NCBI RefSeq assembly: GCF_965219775.1
Contig: NZ_OZ244793.1
Coordinates: 2,039,634-2,103,633, forward strand
Direction of reading: 5' to 3'
DNA: 64,000 bases
DNA from: Candidatus Poriferisocius sp.
GTDB lineage: Bacteria; Actinomycetota; Acidimicrobiia; Acidimicrobiales; Bin134
How positions within the stretch are numbered: the first letter of the stretch is position 1; every line of letters starts with the position of its first letter. A program made the translations under genes and the position numbers. Of this stretch, positions 19,923-27,755 are shown in pieces. The notes beneath the pieces were generated by a model. It was given only the letters and a program-made list of their open reading frames with translations, did not search any database and was not told the origin of the DNA.

Positions 19923-21325
19923 GGTGTGGTGGCCAATCCGTGCAGGAACGCGTAGTAGGCGGGCTTGGGTTCGAGGTTCCGATCAAACAGCAACGGCTGG
20001 TTGGGGGCAGCGGCGTCGAACGGCGGGAAGTGATCCAGCCAGGTGTCGGTGTCGGCTGCTCCCCAGAACATGACGGCCCGAACCGCGGGCACCGACGCCA
20101 AGACCTCGGCGCAGCGGTGGTAGGCCTCGGCTTGGGCGCCCAGCGGATCGTCCCGGTCGGCGAACAGGCCGATGCGCATGTCCATCTCGGTGATCTCGAT
20201 GAACACGCCCAGATCCTCGATGCGGCGAAGGTAGTCGCGCAGCTCGACGGGATCGGGCACCGACATGAGTTGGTGGCCCTGAATCCCGATGCCGTCGATG
20301 GGCACCCCTTGGCCGATGAGCTTCTCGGCGAACCGGTGGAACTGCTCGCCGCCAACGTCGTTGTACTGATTGGCCGGGATCTGCTCGTTGAGCACGAGGT
20401 CGACCTCGGTGTCCACCGATCGGGCCATGGCGAACGCTTCGGCCACGTAGTCGTCACCCAGGTGATCGGAGAAGACGTTGCGGTCGAGGCCCTCGCCCCC
20501 GTAGGCCATGGGCTCGTTCACCACATCCCAGGCGGCCACTTGGCCGCGGTAGCGGTTGAGCACCGTATCGATGTGCTCCCCCATGAGCTGTCGCAGCGTG
20601 GCCGTGGGGTCGGAGGCGGCCCGAATGGTGGCCTCCAGATCGGTGGGGCGCCCGGCCCGGCCCCAGATCAACGTGTGGCCCCGCAGGCGCAAGTCGTGGC
20701 GTTGCGCGTAGCGGACGAAGGCGTCGGCCACCGAAAAGTCGTACTCCCCCACCCGCTTGGCCAGCGTCCCCCACTTGAAGGCGTTCTCGGCTCCCACCTG
20801 GTTGAACTCCCGGGGCACCAGCGCGTCGGCGCTGGGCAGGCTCGGGGTGGCGATGGCCGCCCCCACATGGAGGCCCCGGTCGGCGGCCACCTGCCGCAGC
20901 GGCCGCCCTTCGGATGCCTCCAGGGCCTGCTCACGCCACCACTCGTGCGAGGGGGACTCGGCCGGCGCCAGGTAGCCCACCCGCGGGTGGGCCGGTGGGC
21001 CGCCGGTCGAGCGCGTGCCGCCCGCGGTGAACTGGGTCAGCACCGACATGGCCATCAGATCGCCCTCGATCCGCATCCGGCCCTCCATGAAGGCCTTCAT
21101 CGAGTCGGCCTTGCCCGAGAAGATCAGCACGGCATCGTCGGCGTCGGCCACCACCGTGGAGACCGCCTCTCCGGCACCCACCCGCAGGTCGCACTGCCCG
21201 TCCACCACCACCAGGCGGTACGTACCCTCCGGCTCGCACACGAACTGAAAGGTGGCGGTGAAGTCGGCGTCGGACGCGTTGACGGCCTGCTCGACCTGCT
21301 CGAGGATGGCTCGCACGGTGGTCAC
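19919..21325 (-). CDS. SCP2 sterol-binding domain fused to GH10 endo-1,4-beta-xylanase domain, no signal peptide
   Basis: The start was set at GTG 21325, which forms a GTGA overlap with the GH3 stop. The N-terminus is SCP2-like (FQFVCEPEGTYRLVVVDGQ...SMKAFMEGRMRIEGDLMAMSVL). GH10 catalytic motifs are WDVVNEP (acid/base) and IEITEMD (nucleophile). Confidence 0.8.
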   Translation of the reverse strand: MTTVRAILEQVEQAVNASDADFTATFQFVCEPEGTYRLVVVDGQCDLRVGAGEAVSTVVADADDAVLIFSGKADSMKAFMEGRMRIEGDLMAMSVLTQFTAGGTRSTGGPPAHPRVGYLAPAESPSHEWWREQALEASEGRPLRQVAADRGLHVGAAIATPSLPSADALVPREFNQVGAENAFKWGTLAKRVGEYDFSVADAFVRYAQRHDLRLRGHTLIWGRAGRPTDLEATIRAASDPTATLRQLMGEHIDTVLNRYRGQVAAWDVVNEPMAYGGEGLDRNVFSDHLGDDYVAEAFAMARSVDTEVDLVLNEQIPANQYNDVGGEQFHRFAEKLIGQGVPIDGIGIQGHQLMSVPDPVELRDYLRRIEDLGVFIEITEMDMRIGLFADRDDPLGAQAEAYHRCAEVLASVPAVRAVMFWGAADTDTWLDHFPPFDAAAPNQPLLFDRNLEPKPAYYAFLHGLATTP

Positions 21326-23778
21326 GGGATCGTGACTCTCTCGCTCGAGCGCACGTCGACCGCCGACGCGGCCACCACGACTCGGTACTCGCCCGGATCG
21401 ACCACCCAGCCATGGTGTTCGGGATCCCAGCGGGCAAAGGCCCGCCGGCGTAGCCGGATCACCGCCGTGACGGTGGCCCCCGGCTCGACGTGGACTTTGG
21501 CGAACCCGGCCAACTCCTTGGGCGGACGCGACACCACCGGGTCGATGGCCCCGACGTACACCTGCACCACGTCGCTGCCCGCCCGACCGCCGGTGTTGGT
21601 GACCGGCACCTCCACGGTGAGGTCGGTCCATTCACCGGTGATGTTGGGCGCGCCCCAGTAGAAGGTGGTGTACGACCCCCCGTGCCCGAACGGGATCATC
21701 GGCTCGACCCCCCGGGCGTCGTAGGACCGGTAGCCCACGAACACCCCTTCGCCGTAACGGACCACACCCGCCTCGCCCGGATAGTTGAGGTAGGCCGGGG
21801 TGTGCCGCTCGTCGGCCGCCCAGCTCGTGGGCATACGACCGCCGGGCTCAGCGGCGCCCAGCAGCACGTCGGCAATGGCCGGTCCGGCCTCTTGGCCCGG
21901 ATACCACGCAATCAGCGTGGCGGCGGCGTCATCGAGCCAGGGCAGGGTCATGGGCGCACCGCAGTTCAGCACCACCACCGTTTGCGGGTTGGCGGCCATG
22001 ACCCGCTGCACCAGCTCGTCTTGACCGTTGGGCAGCGAGATGGCGTCTCGGTCCGCTCCCTCCGACTCCCACTCCGCGGTGCTCCCCACCACCACCACGG
22101 CGGTGTCGGCGCGCCCGGCAAGGTGCTCCGCTTCGACCAGCCGCGCGTCGCGATTGTCCCCGGCGAGTTCAGCCCCCACGTCCACCAGGCAGACCCACTG
22201 CCCTCCTTCTCGGGGGAAATGGTCGAGGCGGACCCGGTAGGTGACGCCCGCTTCCAGATCCACGTAGCCCTCACCGCCCTTCAGCCCGAGACCGGCAGAA
22301 AACGGGCTCTCCTGGTTGTCAGCCACCAAGGTGTCGTCGACAAAGAGCTGGGCATGAGCGAAACCGATGGCGCACAACCGGTGACGGCCGCCGGTGGGCG
22401 GCGTGAGGGAAAAGCTCATGCGGACGCTCATCGCATCATGGCCCTCGGGCCAGCTCTCACCGAACCACACGTTGAACACCCCGTCCCGCTCTTCGACGGC
22501 GAAGGGTTCCCCGCTGACCTCGAAGCCGTCGTGGAGTTCGATGCGCACCCTCTCGCTCCCGATCCAATCGGCCGGCACCGACGCCGCCGAACGAGCCATG
22601 TCGATACCCGGAGCGACGCCGACGAGCCGATCGCCCAGGCGTTGCCCCATTTCCTCGAGCACGGTGGTGGTCCGGTGCGGGGACAAACTGGCGGAGCCGC
22701 CGCCCAGAACGGCCGTTTCGGCAACCCCGGCCCCGATCAGGGCCACCGTGCCCTCGCCGTCGAGGGGGAGCACACCGTCGGCGTTGGCCACCAACACCAT
22801 TGATTCCGTCGCCGCCCGGCGGGCCAGGGCGCGGTGCTCGGGCCGCTCCACGGTCGCTTCGTCGTGGCTGGTGGGGGTGTCGAGGCGTCCCGCCCACTCG
22901 AGAAAACGAAGGATGCGCCGGACCTTGTCGTCCACGTCGGCATCGTCCACCTCACCGGCGCGAACGGCCCGGAGCAACTGGTCCCGGCCCCAATACCGAC
23001 CGGGGCCGGGCATCTCCAGGTCGAGCCCCCACCGGGCCGGGGCCACGGTCTCCTTGAGCGACCCCCAATCGGACACCACAAAACCCGCAAAGCCCCATTC
23101 ACGCTTGAGAAGGTCGACCAGCAACTCGGGGTGGGCACAGGCGTGGTGCCCGTTGACGAAGTTGTAGGCCCCCATGACCGACCGGACCTCGGCCTCGATC
23201 ACGGCCGCCTCAAAGGGGGGGAGGTAAATCTCCCGAAGAGTGCGCTCGTCCACCTGCACGTCAATGGTGAAGCGCTCGTGTTCCTGGTCGTTGGCCACGA
23301 AGTGCTTGACACAGGCCCCCACCCCCTGGCTCTGCACACCGATGATGTAGGCCACCGCGATACGAGAACTCAGCTCGGGGTCTTCGCTGTAGGACTCGAA
23401 GTGGCGTCCGCCGCGGGGTGAGCGGTGCAGGTTGACCGTCGGGCCCAGAACCACGTCCACCTTGCGGTCGTTGGCCTCGACCCCGAGCGCCTGGCCTACC
23501 TGCTCCACGAGAGCGGGGTTCCACGTGGCGGCCAACGCCGTCGGGCCCGGTACCACCAGGCCCGGACCAACCGTTCGCCCCCGGACTCCGACCGGCCCGT
23601 CGCTGAGACACCAGTCGGGGATGCCCAGGCGGGCACAACCCGGCACGGTCCACGCGTCGGCCCCGTGCACCATCATGCACTTCTCCTCGAGCGTCAATGC
23701 CGACAGGCGGTGCTCGATGGTTTCTTCGGCACTGCTTTCGCCAGCGGAGGCGGTGGGTTCATCTGGAGTGGTGGCCAT
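21322..23778 (-). CDS. GH3 family beta-glucosidase/beta-xylosidase, no signal peptide
   Basis: The start is ATG 23778 (MATTPDEPT...LSALTLEEKCMMVHG). The GH3 nucleophile region is GFVVSDWGSL, and a C-terminal fibronectin-like/PA14-like region is present. The upstream 293 codons of the ORF are low-complexity and were excluded. Confidence 0.9.
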   Translation of the reverse strand: MATTPDEPTASAGESSAEETIEHRLSALTLEEKCMMVHGADAWTVPGCARLGIPDWCLSDGPVGVRGRTVGPGLVVPGPTALAATWNPALVEQVGQALGVEANDRKVDVVLGPTVNLHRSPRGGRHFESYSEDPELSSRIAVAYIIGVQSQGVGACVKHFVANDQEHERFTIDVQVDERTLREIYLPPFEAAVIEAEVRSVMGAYNFVNGHHACAHPELLVDLLKREWGFAGFVVSDWGSLKETVAPARWGLDLEMPGPGRYWGRDQLLRAVRAGEVDDADVDDKVRRILRFLEWAGRLDTPTSHDEATVERPEHRALARRAATESMVLVANADGVLPLDGEGTVALIGAGVAETAVLGGGSASLSPHRTTTVLEEMGQRLGDRLVGVAPGIDMARSAASVPADWIGSERVRIELHDGFEVSGEPFAVEERDGVFNVWFGESWPEGHDAMSVRMSFSLTPPTGGRHRLCAIGFAHAQLFVDDTLVADNQESPFSAGLGLKGGEGYVDLEAGVTYRVRLDHFPREGGQWVCLVDVGAELAGDNRDARLVEAEHLAGRADTAVVVVGSTAEWESEGADRDAISLPNGQDELVQRVMAANPQTVVVLNCGAPMTLPWLDDAAATLIAWYPGQEAGPAIADVLLGAAEPGGRMPTSWAADERHTPAYLNYPGEAGVVRYGEGVFVGYRSYDARGVEPMIPFGHGGSYTTFYWGAPNITGEWTDLTVEVPVTNTGGRAGSDVVQVYVGAIDPVVSRPPKELAGFAKVHVEPGATVTAVIRLRRRAFARWDPEHHGWVVDPGEYRVVVAASAVDVRSSERVTIP

Positions 23779-23890
23779 GGGCTTCCCGCCTACAACAGTT
23801 CTGGACGACGTGAGATACCAACGGTACATTTGTCGCGCAGTCGCCGCACTGACCAACGCGGCGCACCCAGGACAACAGGAGGGGGCAACC

Positions 23891-25399
23891 ATGCGCCACC
23901 AACGCCTCGGGCTCGCCGCCGTCGCACTCGTCACCGGTCTCGCGCTGGTGGCGGGAGCGTGCAGCACCGGCAATGACGAGTCCGGTACCGCCGATCCCCC
24001 GACGGAGGCCACGGCCGCCCCGGCTCCCGCACCGCCCGACGAGGCCCCGGCGGACGAAACCCCATCCGACGCCGGCGAGCCGACCGAGGACGGGGCAGAG
24101 GTCGAAGCACCCGCCGCAGCCGACGACGTCACCGAGGCGCCGGCGGCCGCGGACCCCGACCAACCGGATCCCGAGCCGGAACCGGAGCCGGAGGTCGAGC
24201 GGACGGCCAGCTTCCGAGGGGTCACCGCCGACACCATCGACATCGGGGTCGGCTTCTGGGACACCACGGTGTTCGGGTTCGGCTTCTTCGGCGATACCGA
24301 GGCCGTTTGGGCGGCGCTCACCGACGCCGTCAACGCCCGGGGAGGGGTGAACGGCCGCAGCCTCGTGCCGACCATCGCCGGGTTCAACCCCGCCGACAAC
24401 GCGGGCATGCTCGAGGCCTGCATCGCGCTCACCGAGGATGCCGAGGTCTTTGCCGTGCTCGGCGGCATGCGGGGCGACGCCAACTTCTGTGTCTTCGAAC
24501 AGCACGAGACCATCCATCTGGGATCGCAGGTGTACGTCGGCGAGGAGGCGCTGGAGCGGGCCAGGGCACCGATCGCGGGGTTCTTCCCCAGCGGGGACGG
24601 CCGGGAAGCGGCATTCATCGCCGCCCTCGATGATCGAGGCTGGTTCGATGATGCCACCGCGGTCGGGGTCCACTACGACGGAGCCGACGTCGAGGAGCAG
24701 TTGGGCGACGCCGTCAACGGTGCGCTGACCGCCGCCGGCGTCGATCTCGACCTGGTGCTCAGCCTCGATGATCTGGGCGTGGACGCAGACACCATGGAAG
24801 CCCAGATAGAGGTCATGCAGGAACTGGCCCGGTCCAACAACATCAGCCATATGGTGATCATCGGGCCCGCGGCCACCGCCCTCATCACTTATGGCGATCT
24901 GGATATGGACCTGGCGGCGGTGGATTCGCAGAACTTCACCACCGCCATCATGCAGGGCATCGATCCCGCCCAACTCGACGGCACCGTGTCCAGCGCGCTG
25001 CGAGCCGACTCGCCGACCGACCCCATCGACCCGATCTCCCAACAGTGCCTCGACGACGTGCAGGCCGCCCTGCCCGATGCCCGCTTCGAGCGACCCGGTC
25101 CGGGGGTGGAGAATTCCGCCGACGACCCCAACTACTGGCCCTACACCATCCTGGCCTGCCGCGACCTGGAGCTGTTCGTGCAATCGGCCACCGCGGCGGG
25201 GGTCCACCTCACCAACGACTCCTTCCGGGTCGGCTTGGAGTCGCTCACCAATTTGGCCCTGCCCGAGATTCCCTACGCGTCCTACGGGCCGGGCAAGTAC
25301 AACGGCAGCGACACGTTCCGGTTGGTCCTCTTCGACGCCGACGCCGACGAGGACGGCGAGCTCGTGCCGCTGGGAGACCCCATCGACCTGACCCCGTGA
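23891..25399 (+). CDS. lipoprotein, type-1 periplasmic-binding-protein (LivK-like) ABC substrate-binding protein
   Basis: ATG 23891 is preceded by CAGGAGGGGG. A signal peptide and lipobox are present (LALVAGAC). A long acidic Pro/Ala/Glu linker is followed by a PBP1-like body (DIGVGFWD..., FAVLGG). Confidence 0.75.
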   Translation: MRHQRLGLAAVALVTGLALVAGACSTGNDESGTADPPTEATAAPAPAPPDEAPADETPSDAGEPTEDGAEVEAPAAADDVTEAPAAADPDQPDPEPEPEPEVERTASFRGVTADTIDIGVGFWDTTVFGFGFFGDTEAVWAALTDAVNARGGVNGRSLVPTIAGFNPADNAGMLEACIALTEDAEVFAVLGGMRGDANFCVFEQHETIHLGSQVYVGEEALERARAPIAGFFPSGDGREAAFIAALDDRGWFDDATAVGVHYDGADVEEQLGDAVNGALTAAGVDLDLVLSLDDLGVDADTMEAQIEVMQELARSNNISHMVIIGPAATALITYGDLDMDLAAVDSQNFTTAIMQGIDPAQLDGTVSSALRADSPTDPIDPISQQCLDDVQAALPDARFERPGPGVENSADDPNYWPYTILACRDLELFVQSATAAGVHLTNDSFRVGLESLTNLALPEIPYASYGPGKYNGSDTFRLVLFDADADEDGELVPLGDPIDLTP

Positions 25400-25433
25400 T
25401 GCACCGCGGCACCGCCCCATAGCCGGACCGGGC

Positions 25434-27755
25434 ATGGATCAACGCGACCTGTCGGACATCTCCCAGGCCCTGCTGGCCGAGCAGGCTCAGCGGGAGGCCG
25501 AGGGCGCCGCCACCGACCACGTCGAGGTCCGACGAGACGAGGAACTCCCCGGAGTGGGCGATGCCCCCCTGACGTTTCGGGCGGGTATCGCCGCGGGCGG
25601 GTTCGGGGTCATCGGCGTGCTGGGCACCCTAGACGCGGTGGACGCCCTGCAGATCGCCATCCCGTCGCTGCTCGGTCCCGAAATCCAGGACAGCCTGAAC
25701 GTCTCCGACGCCGGCTTGGCCGTCATCGGGGTCGGCGGGCTGATCTCCTCCACGCTGTTCGCCGTTCCCATGGGCCGGCTGGCCGACCGGGTGAACCGGA
25801 TGCGGCTGGTGGGTGTGGCCACCCTGCTGTGGAGCCTGGCCATGTTCACCCGGGGCTTCCAGGCCACCGCCCTGGGGTTCTTCCTGGTCGGGGTGCTCAT
25901 CGGCGTGGGCACGTCCAACACGTTCCCGGTGCAGGGCGCGGTCCTGGCCGACGCCTACCCCATTGCCGCCCGAGGCCGCATCTACGCGGTCAAGAACGTG
26001 CTCGGGCGGGCCGGGGAACGCATCGCCCCCCTGCTGGTCGGCGGCCTGATGCTGCTGGTGGACGACAACTGGCGCTGGGCCTACTGGGTGTTCGCCTGGC
26101 CCACGGTGGCTCTCGGGATATGGGCGCTGTTCGTGAAGGATCCCCCGCGGGGCCAGTACGAACAGTTGTCCACGATCGGCGAGGTCATGGCCGAGGACCC
26201 CGATCAGCCCCGGGTCTCGCTGGCGGCAGTGTGGCAACGGCTCATGGCCATCCGCACCCTGAAGCTGGCCTGGATCGCCTTCAGCGTCATCGTCTTCTCC
26301 CAGATCGGGGCGGGCTTTCTGGTGAACCTCTTCCTTGAGGACCGCTGGGGCCTGTCCCCGTTCGAGCGGGCGATGATCGCCTTCGTGCCCGGCATGCTCG
26401 CCTTCGCCGCCGCGCCGTGGGCCGCGGGCAAGTACGACCGCCTCTACAGCCAGAGCCCGGCCAAGGCGCTGGCCTGGGTGGGGGCGCTGTTCTTTCCCAT
26501 CGCGGTGGCCGTGCCCATTCAGTTCTTCATGCCCCACCCGGTGGCGTTCGCCGCGGTGGGCATCATCCCGTCGGTGCTCGGCGTGGTGGTTTTCGGCATG
26601 ATCTCGCCGTTGTTCGTGGGCATCGTGCCCTATCGCCTCCGGGCTCAGGCCACGGCGCTGTCGATGATGGTGATCTTCCTGGGCGGCGGGGTGCTGGGGC
26701 CCATCGTGGCCGGGTTGTTGTCCGACGCGACCGACGAGCGCACCGCCATCCTCATCGTGGCCGTGCCGTTCAAGATTCTCGGGGGGATCCTGCTCATCTG
26801 GGGGGCACGCCACATCCGCCGCGACCTGTCGCTGGTCGTGGACGAGATCGAAAAGGACAAGGCCGACCGGCAGTGGCGCCAAGACCACCCTGACGAGCTT
26901 CCGGCGGTGTCGCTGCGCGACGTCGATTTCTCCTACGGCCCCGTGCAGGTGCTCTTCGGCATCGACCTCCACGTCGACCGGGGGGAGGCCCTGGCGCTGC
27001 TCGGCACCAACGGGGCCGGAAAATCCACCATCCTGCGGGTCATCAGCGGCTTGGCCGTGCCCTCCCGGGGAGTGGTCTGGCTCCACGGCCGCGACATCAC
27101 CCTGACGTCGCCCCAGACCCGGGTGGACCTCGGCATACAGCAACTGCCCGGCGGCAAGGCCGTGTTTCCGACCCTGTCGGTCATCGACAACCTCCGTACC
27201 GCCGGGTGGACGCTCCGCAAGGACCGCCGCCGGTTGGCCGACCGGATCGAGGGCGTCCTGGAGTCGTTCCCCGTGCTGGCCGAACGACACCACGATCCCG
27301 CCGGCTCCCTGTCGGGCGGTCAACAGCAGATGCTGGCGTTGGCCATGGTGCTGATCCACGAGCCCGACGTGCTGCTCATCGACGAACTCTCCTTGGGGTT
27401 GGCCCCTGCGGTGGTGGGCGATCTGCTCGATCTGGTGGAACAGCTCAAGGCCCGAGGTCAAACCATGATCATCGTGGAGCAGTCGCTGAACGTGGCGGCC
27501 GCCATCGCCGATCGGGCGGTGTTCATCGAAAAGGGTCACGTGCGCTTCGACGGTCCCACCGCCGAACTGGCCGCCCGGGGCGACATTGCCCGGGCCGTGT
27601 TCCTCGGAGGGGCGAGCCAGGCCACCGGCGCCGGCAGTCCCGACCCCGCGGGTGAGCCAGGCCCCGCCGGCAGTCCCGACCCCGCGGGTGAGCCCGACCT
27701 CGGAGGCGACTCCGACAACGGAGGTGACCTCGACAACGGAAGTAGCGGCCGGTGA
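25434..27755 (+). CDS. fusion protein: MFS-type 12-TM domain + LivF-like ABC ATPase domain + repetitive acidic tail
   Basis: One uninterrupted 773-codon frame. MFS motif A is GRLADRVNRMR, followed by many TM helices. The nucleotide-binding domain then carries GTNGAGKST, LSGGQQQMLAL and LLIDELSLGLAP. Confidence 0.8.
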   Translation: MDQRDLSDISQALLAEQAQREAEGAATDHVEVRRDEELPGVGDAPLTFRAGIAAGGFGVIGVLGTLDAVDALQIAIPSLLGPEIQDSLNVSDAGLAVIGVGGLISSTLFAVPMGRLADRVNRMRLVGVATLLWSLAMFTRGFQATALGFFLVGVLIGVGTSNTFPVQGAVLADAYPIAARGRIYAVKNVLGRAGERIAPLLVGGLMLLVDDNWRWAYWVFAWPTVALGIWALFVKDPPRGQYEQLSTIGEVMAEDPDQPRVSLAAVWQRLMAIRTLKLAWIAFSVIVFSQIGAGFLVNLFLEDRWGLSPFERAMIAFVPGMLAFAAAPWAAGKYDRLYSQSPAKALAWVGALFFPIAVAVPIQFFMPHPVAFAAVGIIPSVLGVVVFGMISPLFVGIVPYRLRAQATALSMMVIFLGGGVLGPIVAGLLSDATDERTAILIVAVPFKILGGILLIWGARHIRRDLSLVVDEIEKDKADRQWRQDHPDELPAVSLRDVDFSYGPVQVLFGIDLHVDRGEALALLGTNGAGKSTILRVISGLAVPSRGVVWLHGRDITLTSPQTRVDLGIQQLPGGKAVFPTLSVIDNLRTAGWTLRKDRRRLADRIEGVLESFPVLAERHHDPAGSLSGGQQQMLALAMVLIHEPDVLLIDELSLGLAPAVVGDLLDLVEQLKARGQTMIIVEQSLNVAAAIADRAVFIEKGHVRFDGPTAELAARGDIARAVFLGGASQATGAGSPDPAGEPGPAGSPDPAGEPDLGGDSDNGGDLDNGSSGR
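27630..27694 (+). repeat. two copies of a 29-nt unit (GCCGGCAGTCCCGACCCCGCGGGTGAGCC) with 36-nt period, inside the coding tail of the MFS::ABC gene
   Basis: Copy 1 is 27630-27658 and copy 2 is 27666-27694, identical by eye. They encode AGSPDPAGEP twice. Confidence 0.85.

Noticed and set aside
21326-24657. Long N-terminal extensions of ORFs 19919..21631 and 21322..24657
   Set aside because: The extensions are Ser/Ala/Gly/Arg low-complexity and overlap neighbouring genes. The conserved domains begin at GTG 21325 and ATG 23778 respectively.
27630-27694. Possible CRISPR-like repeat
   Set aside because: There are only two copies with a 7-nt 'spacer'. They lie in-frame inside a coding tail and no cas genes are present. 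This is a coding tandem repeat, not a CRISPR array.
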